Assembly (NCBI RefSeq): GCF_018350175.1
Contig: NC_058368.1
Coordinates: 206,338,001 to 206,402,000, forward strand
DNA from: Felis catus
Taxonomy: Eukaryota
Direction of reading: 5' to 3'
DNA length: 64,000 nucleotides
Shown here: positions 49,597 to 62,100 of the stretch, piece after piece
Layout of the letters: each line of letters opens with the position of its first letter
Numbering within the stretch: position 1 is the stretch's first letter
The notes under the pieces: model-generated
The model's database searches: none
Told to the model about the DNA's origin: nothing
Seen by the model: only the letters and a program-made list of their open reading frames with translations
Translations under genes and position numbers: made by a program

Positions 49597-51711
49597 GTTG
49601 TGATATCACCGCTTGTTCATTTTTAGACATCTATGACATGAACTTGATTTCTTACTATAGATGAATATGGTTTAGCTCTCCTGCATTTCCCCAGTATATT
49701 TATTTACTACTTCTGACTCCATTCCCAATAAAATTGACTATAATTTGGCTTCAGTCTATATTTATTATTTAATAGGACTGTGTAATTATTACACATAGTT
49801 AATCTCACCTAGTATATTATTATTTTACCTTTTTTGTACTTCTCTGTTTCTCATGAAGTCAATAATTGCTTTTTTATTGCTATTCTTTAGTTTTCCATGT
49901 ATGTATTACTAATTTTTCCCTTGACGTCTAATAGAAATCTAATACTACTCTCAATATTGCCAAATGTGAAATAATCTGTCAAAAAAATTTTTTAAACCTT
50001 AGAGACATTCTACAGCCTCCTTTCCTGCCTCAGTCTGGTTGCACATCCTGTTAGCCTGCTACAGAGCTGTTGTCTTGAGCACTTTCATTATTGTTCTTGG
50101 AGTTCTCTTTGCTTCTCCTTTGCACTGAATCTTGTTTCATCCCTTTCCAAAAAGAAATATTGACCTAATTGTTCAGATTTTAGCAGGTGGGCTTGCCATG
50201 GTTAAAAGTTTTTAGGACTTGAATGTTTGGTGTACTCTTCTGTTCTATGGTGTGGAACGCGGTGGATGATCTGGACAGGTGAAGATAGGGTAATGAATGA
50301 ATGGTAGAGACACTGATATTGATGTGAGGATAAGAGGCCCAACTATCTTTCTCTTTTCTTTTTTCCCAAAGTGCTTCCAGCCCGCAGCTAAAGCCCCAGG
50401 TGTGGCCCCGGACAGCTCCATGCTAAACAATAGGGTGACATATTCTTGGCTAGGAGTCTCTTTGTCTCTGGTTCCAGTTCTTGTGTATCTGGAGAGCAAT
50501 CTTGGGATCATACTTGCAGCATCTCAGACTCGGATCTGGTGGTGGTAGGAAGGGCATGTGGTGGGGAGAGCAGTGGAAGAAAGCACATTTCATGGTTTGT
50601 TTTCTTCTGAAACTATTACCGGTACAGGTTCACTGCTAGCCAAAAGTAGAGCTTTCCTGTTGGACCTTTCATTGGTTGAAACGGTGTAAAGTGAAGTAGC
50701 AACTACCATTAATTTATAAGGAAAAAAATTTGAGCTTTCTCAAACCCCAAAAACCTCTCTTAGACTTTTTTGATACCTTAGGACACATTTTGCCAAAAAA
50801 AAAAAAAAAATGCACAAAATAAATCCAGATAAAGCACAGATACTCACAGACACAGTTCAAGCTCTGGCAGCTTGATGCTGAGATGCTGAGTGTAGTTCTG
50901 GGGCAGGAGCGTGGCGGGGCCTCTGTTGCTGCTCAGGGCTGTGCTGCTTCTGGAATGGCTCGATCCAAAGCCAACATTGAATGCTATTTTTGCTTTTCAC
51001 CTTTTTTGGTAAAAGCAAAAATCTTCTTCAGAGTTTTTTGGTTGGTGAAACGTAGACCTTTTGTAAAAGGGGAGTGATGTAATGCAAACTTTGGGAAAGT
51101 AGGGGATGGTTGGAGTTTACTATTACATTATTACAGAAATTCTGTATTATTACAGAAATAATGCAGCTATTTCTGTCTTAAGGTTTAAGGCCAAAGGCAT
51201 AGCTAACAGTAAATAGTACTATGTCTTGGTTTTCCCATGGACCTTTGTGTGTATGACCCCAATAAGAAAGAAACTCACGGAGAGGGTGAGCGTACTTTGG
51301 GAAAGGACTTTTGTCCTTATGTATTCCATGTCTTCTCATCAAAGTGCCATTTTAATAGCTGTATGAATCTCACAGTCTTTCCTAATACACGTGACCTGGT
51401 TGGCTAGATTGTCTTAAAGATTATGAGGTGGAGTTAAAATTATTTGTCAGCTATGACCCATTGGGGCCAGGTAGAATTTAATAATACCAGCCAGTTAGAC
51501 TATCAGAACTTTCTTGCATAGAAAGTTTGAAGCTCTTAATGATCAGGAACAGGTTTCCCACAAGAAACCATCTTCATATAACATAGCTGGTAAGTTTTAT
51601 AAATAGATGTAGAACAAATGATGAATAATGCTGGTTTTTCTTCCTTGGTTCTCTTTAATTTTTTTTTTTTTAATGTTTTTTTTGAGAGAGAGAGAGTACA
51701 AGCAGGAGAGG

Positions 51712-51763
<52 letters not shown>

Positions 51764-51934
51764 CCCAAACAGGATCCAGACTGTGAGCTGTCAGCACAAG
51801 AGTCTGACGCGGGGCTAGAACACACAAACTGCAAGATCATGACCTGAGCCAAAGTCGGACGCTTATCCAACTGAGCCACCTGGCACCCCTTTGGTTGTTC
51901 TTTTAATAAGCCAGGCTCAACAAACAAAAGACAC

Positions 51935-52314
51935 TGTCATGGACTGAATTGTATCTCCTTGAATTCATTGATGAAGTCCTACCCTCCTTGCCACCCTCCC
52001 CCCAACCTGACTATGTAACTGTATTTGGAGGTAGGGCCTTTAAAGAGATAATTCAGGTTAAACAAGGTCATAAGGGTGGACCCTAATCCAATATGAGTAG
52101 TGTCCTTATAAGAAGAGGTATCAGGGAAGCATGTGTACAGAGAGGCCATGTGACAGCATAGCAATAAGATGGCCCTCTGCAAGGCAAGGATAAGCCAAGC
52201 CTGCCAGCACCTTGATCTTGGACCCCTAGCCCCCAGAACTGTGAGAAAAATGTCTGTTTAAAGCCATGCAGTCTATGTGGTATTTTGTTATGGCAACCCT
52301 AACAAACTAATGCG
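51935..52314 (+). mobile_element. MaLR MLT1A-like solo LTR
   Basis: tgtcatggactgaattgt...gtatttggaggtagggcctttaaaga...ccagaactgtgagaaa...gtattttgttatggca...actaat. 5-bp TSD gacac/gacat. Confidence 0.9.
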
Positions 52315-53040
52315 GACATATAACCCAATTTTAAAATGCACAAAGGATTTGAATAGACATTTCTCTGGAGAAGATCTACAAATGGCCCATAAGTATATGC
52401 AAAGATTCTCAACATCATTAATCATTAGGAATATGCAAATCAAAACTGTGAGGTACCGCTTCATATTCATTTGGGATGGCTATAACTGAAAAAGACAATA
52501 ATGAGTATGGAAGAGGATATGGAGAAATCCAAACCCTTGTACATTGGTGGTGGGAATGTAAAATGGTACAGCTACTTGGGAAACAGTTTGGCAGTTCCTC
52601 AAAAAATTAAACATACAGTTAACATATGACCCAGCAATGTTATTCCCAGGTATATAGAGAATTGAAAACATGTTCACATAAAACCTTGTATACAGATGCT
52701 GCTATCAGTAATACAGAAATATTATTCAGCCAGAAAAAGGAAATGAAGTACTGATTCATGCTACGACATGGATGGACCTTGAAAATATTACGCTAAGTGA
52801 AAAAAGCCTGATAGTAAAGGCCATATATTGTATGATTCCATTTATGTCCAGAATCAGAGAATCCGTGGAAATACAGCCAGGTGCTAAGGAAAGAGGCGAA
52901 TGGGGAGTAACTGTAGATGGGTTTCTTTTTGGGATGATATATATGTTCTGGAATCAGCAGTGATGGTTGCATTCTGTGAACATAATAAAATATGGGGCAA
53001 GCTTCATAATCTGTGAATCGTATTTGAATTAAAAAAGAAT
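52315..53040 (+). mobile_element. Old L1 3' fragment
   Basis: Translation [41 protein letters not shown] matches L1 ORF2 C-terminal region. Confidence 0.9.
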
Positions 53041-53832
53041 AAGCTAGAATTAGTATTCTGGGTTGTGAACCTGAAGTGAAGAATGAGTGAGATTATGCTC
53101 TAAATATTATTAGTAATGCTAACTTGTGAATGAGGCTTTTGTTTTTCCTCCCTAAACACAGATGATATATAAACATAATATATATATACATATATATATA
53201 TAGTAATAAATATATTTCATTTGTATACAAATCTGGGGGTTGTCTCATTGTCCACATACATGGGAGAAAAATGAAAGCCTCTTTCACAGGTAAAATATTT
53301 CTGAATTCATTGTTTTCTTAGTTGTGGTTAGCATGGTGAAATAGAACATCTCAGGCTTGAGCCAGATCCTCCTTTTCTAAGCTATTCTGACCTCAGCTGA
53401 GAATCACTGTGCCTTCAGGTCTGTGAAGATGACAGTCCTATTTTTCTGACATCATCCAAAAATATTTTTTTAACTTGCAAATAGCAAATCACAACCACAC
53501 TCCTGGGTATTACTTCTACTCCAAGGGCACCACGAGAATCACCGGGGAGTTTTCTTTCAGAAATGTATACACACCCCAGACCTACTAAATCAGAAACCAT
53601 TCTCATGAGCTCTCCAGATGTTCTGATGCATGATAAAGTTTGAGAAGCCCTGATTCAGAGAATTTACAAGTAGGAAGGGCCATAAGCTTATGTTAATTTT
53701 TTTGTAATAAATATGTGGGTTCTTCACACGCAGCAAGTTAGGCATAAGACTGTCTCTGCCACACTCTCCACCACAAACTCTCCATAGACAAATGTGACTT
53801 TGAGTACACCTTACACCCAGATCTTAGTTTCT

Positions 53833-54069
53833 TTCTTTCTTTTTTTTTTTTTTTTAATTTTTTTTCAACATTTATTTATTTTTGGGACAGAGAGAGACAG
53901 AGCATGAACGGGGGAGGGGCAGAGAGAGAGGGAGACACAGAATCGGAAACAGGCTCCAGGCTCTGAGCCATCAGCCCAGAGCCTGACGCGGGGCTTGAAT
54001 TCACGGACGGCGAGATCGTGACCTGGCTGAAGTCGGACGCTTAACCGACTGCGCCACCCAGGCGCCCCG
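53833..54069 (-). mobile_element. Young felid SINE just past the PTGER4 3' end
   Basis: TSD cagatcttagtttct at 53818-53832 and 54070-54084. Confidence 0.95.
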
Positions 54070-54229
54070 CAGATCTTAGTTTCTAAGGATCATTCTCCAG
54101 TAAGTGGATCCAAGGCTTTGCACTGTTGCAACTTTTTTTCTAAATTTGACATTACTTCAAATAAAACAATTTATTCCAATTTAAAAGGATATAGACGATG
54201 ACCCGAAACAAACAATTTCCAAAACTGAT

Positions 54230-55571
54230 GATATGGAACTCGGACTGAGTGTATTTATTTATTATAATCTCCAAAATAATTTCAGTTGGTACAACCGCTT
54301 CTCAAAACCACATCACTATCAGGCTCAGAATTTAGTTATAACCAAGCGATTCACAAAAACACTTTTAAGCAACAAAACATGCTTAGTATTTCCTTGAGAA
54401 AGGTCCTTCAAATGTGTACAGCATCACTGGGTAATTCACAAAACCACTAGAAGGGCACCCTCATGTGTCCAACTTCTATACCCCTTATGTTGTTGAACTC
54501 ACAAAATTTGTGATCCTTCCACATCTCAAAATAAAGGCCTTCATGGTACAATCTGCCTTCCTCTTAAATTTTAAAGGATATTCTAGATCATTCCTTAGGA
54601 AAGTAAAACTATGAACACTTTAAGAGGGAAACAAGTTGCTTGGACTTCTTTTATATTATACACTTCAATTATGGGTTATTTAGTGAGACTTTAAAAATTT
54701 TATATTTTAAAAAGTATCAGAGGGGACAAAAATAGAAAATATTTGCCAGCAGGTTAGCCTCTCCTGAAATCACCATTTTCTGGATAAATACATGTAGCAT
54801 CACTAAAAATTTTCACCATGTATTATTATACATAGCTTGGAAAGAACTAACATTTTGGGCTAATATTCATGTCTTAAAATAGCATTTTGCTTGATTCCTT
54901 TTATAATCCTAAACTCTTTCTTTTAAAAAATTGTATCTTTTTTAAATAGCTCTGAGTCTCACTGTGATTTTCAACACCTTGGCCTGAACTTGTTTATGAA
55001 AAAAAATACATAACTTCTGCAACTTGAGCTGGTTATACTGGGAAGAGAGGAATTACCATAATTTCATTATACCTTGTATTAACAATAAACCTTCTCACAG
55101 AGAAGAAAATACTTTAAATACCTTAAATCATATTTACAACAATAAAATTCACATTTCATGCTTTAGTGAAACACTTAAGTCATAAGATAGTCCTCATAGT
55201 TTATTGGAATAGAGCCCTTCTGTACCTGGCCTTCTGCTGTACGCCGGGTATAAAGCTCTGGGTGTTATGAAAATAGCAAAACGTATGCCATCCTCCTATC
55301 AAGTAGAAAAACTGAGGGTAGATCTTGCCAGCCATCAAGTGGTGATAGAAATCCTGTGTCCTAGTGAAGTGACAACCAATGTGCTTCAGACATCGGGTCC
55401 TGTAGGAATCACCTTGATTGCTTGAAAAGTGCTAAAAAGCCCAAATGTTCTTTAATGTGAGTTGAAGGGCCCGAACAGCCCTTCTGAGCACAGCTAAACA
55501 CTTCATTTATGTGTCTATTGCACAGGATTTTTATGTTCTTCCAGAACTAGTGCTGTTTCTTTCGGTAGCTA
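54230..55571 (-). other. PTGER4: PTGER4 3' UTR
   Basis: Repeat-free AT-rich stretch with several ATTTA motifs on the - strand. AATAAA at 55200-55205, tandem AATAAATAAA at 54254-54263 followed by GT-rich sequence, and another at 54170-54175. Confidence 0.7.
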
Positions 55572-56162
55572 CTATATACATTTTTCTGATAAGTTCAGCG
55601 TTTCATTGGGAAATGTGACTTGCAAAGAGTTCCCCTTTGGGGCAGGGCCAGACCTGCTACTCCCATTGACCTCGTCCACCAGTAAAACACTCTCTGAATC
55701 CTGCCCCTGGGAGGAGTCCGAAGTCTCCGATATTCGCAAAGTCCTCAGTGAGGTGGTGTCTGTTTGGGCCAGGCCCATGCCGGGTACACCCGGAAGCAGA
55801 TTCCTGCCTCCGAGACCGTTTTCACTGAGGTCGGGCATGTCAAGGAGGGTCTGAGATGTGCTGCTGATCTCCTTCAGCTCTCGCGAGAGGAAGGAGCGAG
55901 AGTGAGCAGACATGGCGGAAGATGTCCTTCTGCTGTCTGAGCAGTGTTGTCCGGAACGGTCTCTGCGGGACCCGCCGATGCGGCAGAAGAGGCATTTAAT
56001 CTTCTCGATTGCTTTGCTGAGCACGGTCTTCCGCAGAAGGATATATATCCAGGGGTCCAGGATGGGGTTCACAGCAGCAATTCGGATGGCCTGCAAATCT
56101 GGGTTTTTGCTGATTTCTGGCACCAAACGTGGCTGATATAACTGGTTGATGAACACCCGTAC
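55572..56162 (-). CDS. PTGER4: PTGER4 (prostaglandin E2 receptor EP4) last coding exon: end of TM6, ECL3, TM7 and long C-terminal tail
   Basis: Acceptor ctcatttatgcag|GTA at 56163/56162. VRVFINQLYQ...NPDLQAIRIAAVNPILDPWIYILLRK...SETSDSSQGQDSESVLLVDE...LNLSEKCI-TAG, with the prostanoid-receptor DPWIY motif. The first 7 residues of the ORF-track protein are intronic. Confidence 0.97.
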   Translation of the reverse strand, partial: VRVFINQLYQPRLVPEISKNPDLQAIRIAAVNPILDPWIYILLRKTVLSKAIEKIKCLFCRIGGSRRDRSGQHCSDSRRTSSAMSAHSRSFLSRELKEISSTSQTLLDMPDLSENGLGGRNLLPGVPGMGLAQTDTTSLRTLRISETSDSSQGQDSESVLLVDEVNGSSRSGPAPKGNSLQVTFPNETLNLSEKCI

Positions 56163-59100
56163 CTGCATAAATGAGACGCCCACGTTTAGATTTTACCATT
56201 AATCAACTAGGGAAATATTTACCCGCAAAGCCTAACCTAGTAACATTAGCTAGCTGCCTTATTTTCTGTTAATAACTGCCAAGAAAGAGCAACTTACATG
56301 ATAAGCCTCAGGAAAACCAGCGATTGTGCAATTACGTTTGTTTTGAGTTAGTGTAACTTTAAAATTTTTGTAACTATCCTATGAATATCTTCCTTAGATC
56401 AAAGATGGTATACAAAAATGCAATGTATGTACAGGCGACAGAAGCATAAAGTTTCTTTGGGAAACATTTTATTAACTTCATTTTTGTGAGTGCTTTTAAG
56501 TTTTTGTGATTCTAATGAGGTATCTTTTTCCCTCCAGATAGCCACTGATTTCCCTTATTCCAGTTGCTTTTTTTTATATATTTAAATGAAATTCATTTTT
56601 TAAGTCAACTAACCAATCATCACAGAAAAGCCCAGAGATCCCTTTAATTACAGAGTCCAGTAAGAATATACTGGGAACTTTTAAACCAATGTCTGAATCT
56701 CCTGTCATCCAGAATGACCAGTGAATAGTTTCTATTTTTCTATAGAGTCTGTTCCCCAGTTATAAGAATCATCTAGTGTTAATGACTCTTCCTTCAAAAA
56801 CCTCTTCCAATCTTTGCCCTTTCACTGCATTCCTCACCTGGATTATTGCATCAGCCACCAAAGTAGCTCTCCCACCTGTAGTTTCTGTCCTCTCCAATCC
56901 AGCCTCCAAACTGCCACGAGAGGATTGCTTCTAGAAAGTAGATCTGATTGTGCTGCTCAATCCCTAAACATTCAGTGTCCCCCTGCTGCTTGCAAACTGT
57001 AGTTTGGCTCAATGACTGCCACTTGGTGAATCCATCCTGAAACTCCAGTCAGAATCAATCCCTCCTTTGTGTCTATAGAGCAGTATAGAGCAGTATAGAG
57101 CCAGTAAAGAGCCAAGTGCTGAAAGCGCACTCTGCACAGACCAGTGGGGAAGACAATTCATTCTACTGCTCTTTGAGCTATTTGAGGCAAAGGGCACATC
57201 TGCCAGCCCACCATGGGATGGGCAGGCATAAATGAAGTAAACAGAAGGAGATCCTAACAACCTGTTTGCTATTTTGGGGTTTGCTATTTTTGGCGGTTCA
57301 AAAATTTTGCTCTTCCTATAATTACTTTCATTTTTTCATGCATTTAATCATTTAATAGTAAGTACTTACTGTGTATTAGGCATTGTGATAAGTCTGGCCA
57401 AAAAAGCTGCATTTAGAATACCACGAATTTTTTTAAATGTTTTCATTTTATTTTTGAGAGAGACAGAGACAGAGACAGAATCGGAAGCAGGCTCCAAGCT
57501 CTGAGCTGTCAGCACAGATCATGATGTGGGGCTCGAACCCACAAACCACAAGATCATGACCTGAGCTGAAGTCAGAGGCTTAACTGACTGAGCCACGCAG
57601 GCACCACTGAATACCACAAACTTCTTGAAGGCAGAGAGTAATCTACAGCACGGAACATAGGAAGGAAGATCAACTCTGACTGCAGGGTGATTAAATGAAA
57701 TGGGAGAGGTGTATATGGGAGCACAACTAATCCAGTTCTGGAGGGGAGGGCGTCAGTGGATGCCTCCTGCAGAAGAGGAATCTTGCAGGGAGTTTTTGAT
57801 GGGTGAGTGGGAATTTACTAAATTTAGAAGGAAGGACATAACATTTCAAATAGAGGTCATTCCCTGTGTAAAGTCATTGTAAGTGACTTCTGGGAATTTC
57901 AAATGATTCAATGAAGAGAGTATGAATTTATGCAAACTCAAGGAAGACTATATTTTATTCCTTAGAGGAGAAAGCACTTGCTAAATGTACACTCTTATAT
58001 TTATTCTTGGAGTATTACTGTTATTATTGTCTAAATCTTCTAATTCCACTAGGAGGTGTGTTTTTGTTTTTGTTTTTTCTTTTTGAGAGACAGAACAGGG
58101 CAGGGGCAGAGGGAGATGAAGAGAGAGAATCTTAAGCAGGCTCCATACCCAGCACAGAGCCCAACTTGGGGCTGAGTCTCAGAACAGTGAGACCATGACC
58201 TGAGCCGAAATCAAGAGTTGGACGCTCAACGGACTGAGCCACTCAGACACCCCTCCAATAGGATCTTGTATGTAAAAAACTCACCTCATATAAAAAGGGG
58301 CTTTAAAAGTGATCTCTGTCTTGGGGTGCCTGGGTGGTTCAGTCGGTTAATCGTCAACTCTTGGTTTCAGCTCAGGTCAAGATCTTACGGTTCATGAGTT
58401 GGAACTCTGCATCAGGCTCTGCAATGACAGCACGGAGCCTGCTTGGGATTCTCTCTCTCTGCCCCTCCCCTGCTTGTGCTCCTGCTCTCTCAAAATAAAT
58501 AAATAAACTTAAAAAAAGGTACATGATCTCTATCTTTAGTAATTACTTAATAATTATTACTTGCCTTTAGTAATTATTTTCATAAGGGAGAAGAGGCAAG
58601 TCTCAGCCAAGGAGGATGCACAAAAACCATAAAAAGGAGAAAGAACCCACAAAAGCAGAGCTGGAGCCATTTAGGGGCAAATATCTCTAACTTTAACAAG
58701 ACTCGAGGATACTGCTACTTTATTATACAGTATAATAATTAATATTCATGGTCTATGAATCACCATGAAAGAAGGGATAGTTTAGAAAGATTTATAACAA
58801 TTTGGATAAAATAAGTTTAAAATGTTTAAGGAAATAAGTGCATTCATCTGTGAAACTCAATTCTTGAGAAACATCTCTAGATGAGCCTAGATTAGTGAGA
58901 TGTAGCTGTATTTCTGTTTCTTCCTTAGCTGGAATTCAGACTGTGATCTATACAGGTCTATAGTCCCTTGTTAAGAAATTATTGGTTTTCAGTTGCTGTT
59001 CCTTTGTTGTTATTCATTTGTTTTGTTTTGTTTTTGATTGCAAAACCTGACCTAAACTTATTTCGGCAGTAAAACTGGAACCGAACTAGACTGTGAGGCT

Positions 59101-62100
59101 ATTTATAGTTCATTTATTCTACTTAGTATAAGTATTCCTGGGTTTTGCTTTGGAGGTATTGTCCCAATTTTGATGGGAATATTACATATGATTAATATGT
59201 AATATTACCTATTACTAAAATTCTAAAAGCCAAGGAATTCTGAATTCTAAAACACATCTGACCCTAAATGTTTTGAATCAGGTTATTGTCCTGTAAATCT
59301 CACAGAATAAAATAAAATGGTCAAATGGCTCTAACTAGCATGAAATTAATACCTTGATCTCTGGCAGACAGCTAAATAAAAACTGAACTAGAATAAACAG
59401 AAGTATATGATGACTTAAAATACCTTTAGAAACTGTGCTTGGATAAATGATATTATCAAGACAAAGCATGATTGATTTTCCATTTTCTAAAAACTAGTGA
59501 CACAAAGCACTTTGGTTTCTTCTTGTCATAGCTGTATTTGGGCACTGAGAGATGCCCTCAGGTCTACAGGCCTTTTCTCAGATGAAATGTTACTGAGACC
59601 TGAAGGTTTTGAGGAACTTATCAAGCCACCTTGTTGGTGGCTCATTCTGGTCTTCTGGTGACTTCCATGTCCCTTTTTCTGTTCTACCAGGTTGGCTGCC
59701 TTTCTGGTTAAGAATTACTTCCTGACAATGGAATCATTGGTAAAACGTATGAGGTCTGTATTTTACTCACATCACATACTATGTTCCTAAGAATAAAAGA
59801 AACATTGGACTAAAATGTGTTAGTATCAGGCCTTCCCTGTGCATAGTCTTTAGAAAAAAAAAACAAAACTGAGACAGGGTCTGTGAGGACTGGAGACTTA
59901 TAGCCCCTAGGTGGCGGTGTTGCTCCACCTGGAAGTTTTTGGGGGTTCTCCCTAAGAAGCGGTTTGCTTAGCCATCTCTAAGACCCTCTTTCAGAACAGA
60001 ATCTTGGTAAAGTCTGGACTTTGCATTTTTGAGATTTTTAACATTGAAATCTCTTGTTGCTGGTTGCCTCTCCCACCTCAAAGGAAACACGGTTAGTACT
60101 GAAAGGAGGAACATTTCTGAACAGTTGAAATGGATATAAAAGTAATGAAATTTGTATCTATTTACTGGAATGTATTAGGACTTAGCATTTTATTTTAAAA
60201 TTTTTGTGACCTTTCAGAAAAGCTAGACTGTTGTAAAAAAAATTAATGAGATTTCATAATCAAAGGTGATGAGAAGCAAGGAAAGATCACATCACTCCGT
60301 GTCTCACTTCCTCCACAGTTTTAAGTGATTTTGACTAGCATCCAAGGGAATGAAGGAAGCCCTATTTTAGAGTTCCATGGAGGAGGGACAGGCTTACAAT
60401 TAATACAAGCCACTGAGCCTGGTTATTTAATGTCATTTCAGCAAAGGGGAGCTCACAAGATAGCAATAAAGAGGAGAATGAAAAGCAACATTTAAAACTT
60501 CAGATAAAAACATTCTCAAATTATTAAAAAAAAATGAAGACACATTAGTTTTCCTTCATAGCATGTTCGCATTGGAGACTGCCCTGGGGCAGAGAAAAAG
60601 ACAAAATGAACAAAATCTCCATGTACTCTGTAATGTTTGAAAAAGTTTAGCGATCTCTGCCTCACTTAATTTTTTTTTTAACATTTATTTATTGTTGAGG
60701 GACAGAGCATGAGCATGGGAGGGACAGAGAGAGGAGGAGACACAGAATCTAAAGCAGGCTCCTATCTCTGAGCTGTCTGCACAAAACCCCACATGGGGCT
60801 CGAGCTCGCAAACCATGAAATCATGACCTGAGCCAAAGTGGGACGCTTAACCGACTGAGCCACCCAGGCGCCCCTGTCTCTGCCTCACTTTAAAGGCTAC
60901 TTGGTTTGCTCTCCCCATAGCAGGGGAAAGTCCAAATGAATATGGGAATATCCACAGCAGTACTCCAATGTCACGTGGGGTGGGTGGTGAAAGCACTTTT
61001 CTGGAATTCCTGTCCTTATATGCTTCAGAAATACACATGTTCAGGCAGTTTTCAGTGTTGGAAGAGTGTGCTGCTGATAAAACAGAATCTCTGTGTCAGG
61101 GGAAAAAGCTTAAAAAGTTCATTTGACGCAAACAACAAATATACTCTTGCAATTTTAAAAGTGAATCAAGGAGCTTAGAATATTGGCATATGTTACAATA
61201 TTCTAAGCTTCTTGAGAGGATGACTACAAATTAGGATTCGGGAGCATTGGAACAGAACTTGGAGATGATAAATTCAAAAGAAGGTGTGATGACAGGAGAG
61301 CTGTAAGGGAGGCTGTATGTTGTAGAGGTCCATGCAGAAGCTTTGGAATGAAACAAACCTCTCTTCAAATCCTGGCTCTGCTCCTTCTAATTAATGTACA
61401 AATTATAAGTGCTTCATTCAATGCCTAGCACGTAACATAAATATCTGCTGCCCTTGCTTTTTTGGTAACCCATACATGGTATTTCGGCTACTGTGGAATG
61501 TGTGAATAATTCCAAAACCACAGCTCAGAGGTAGCTTTGGTGTCAAAAGACATTTACTTCCTATGTGAGAAAAACCTGTTGGCAGGGAATGTCTAATTGA
61601 AAAAGAATGTTGAAATTTTGATAAGACCGATTTAGTAATTGACTGTCAAAGTACAAATGTTTTCCAATAAACGACACGGTCCTACAGCTGAATTTGTGTG
61701 TGCTATGTGTTCTGTTCCAAGAACATAAAAGGAATTATCTGTGTGTGCTCGGTTATCTAACTGCCCTGTGAAGAATCCAAAATTGACACAGCTGTTACTA
61801 GAAATTTTACCACTTTTTTTTTAGTGACAAAAAAAAAATCTTTAAGTAAAGGATAGTGGAAAGAGTTCTTGAGTGTGGTGATGTAAGAGAGTTTTCCCTC
61901 CTTCTGGGTCACCATTTACTACAGGCAAATTATTTAATCACTACAGGTCAGTCTCTACATTGAACATTTATTTATGAAGGTTTTTTTTTTAACTCTAATT
62001 TTCAATATTCTAATAGATTACAAGAATCACTTCATCTCTGGGGAGAAAAAAATCTTGTTAGTAGATGTTCCATAAAACCAAGGCTTGACAGGTCAGCCAA

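Noticed and set aside
55606..56199. ORFs antisense or out of frame to the PTGER4 exon
   Set aside because: Shadow ORFs of GC-rich coding sequence with no independent support.
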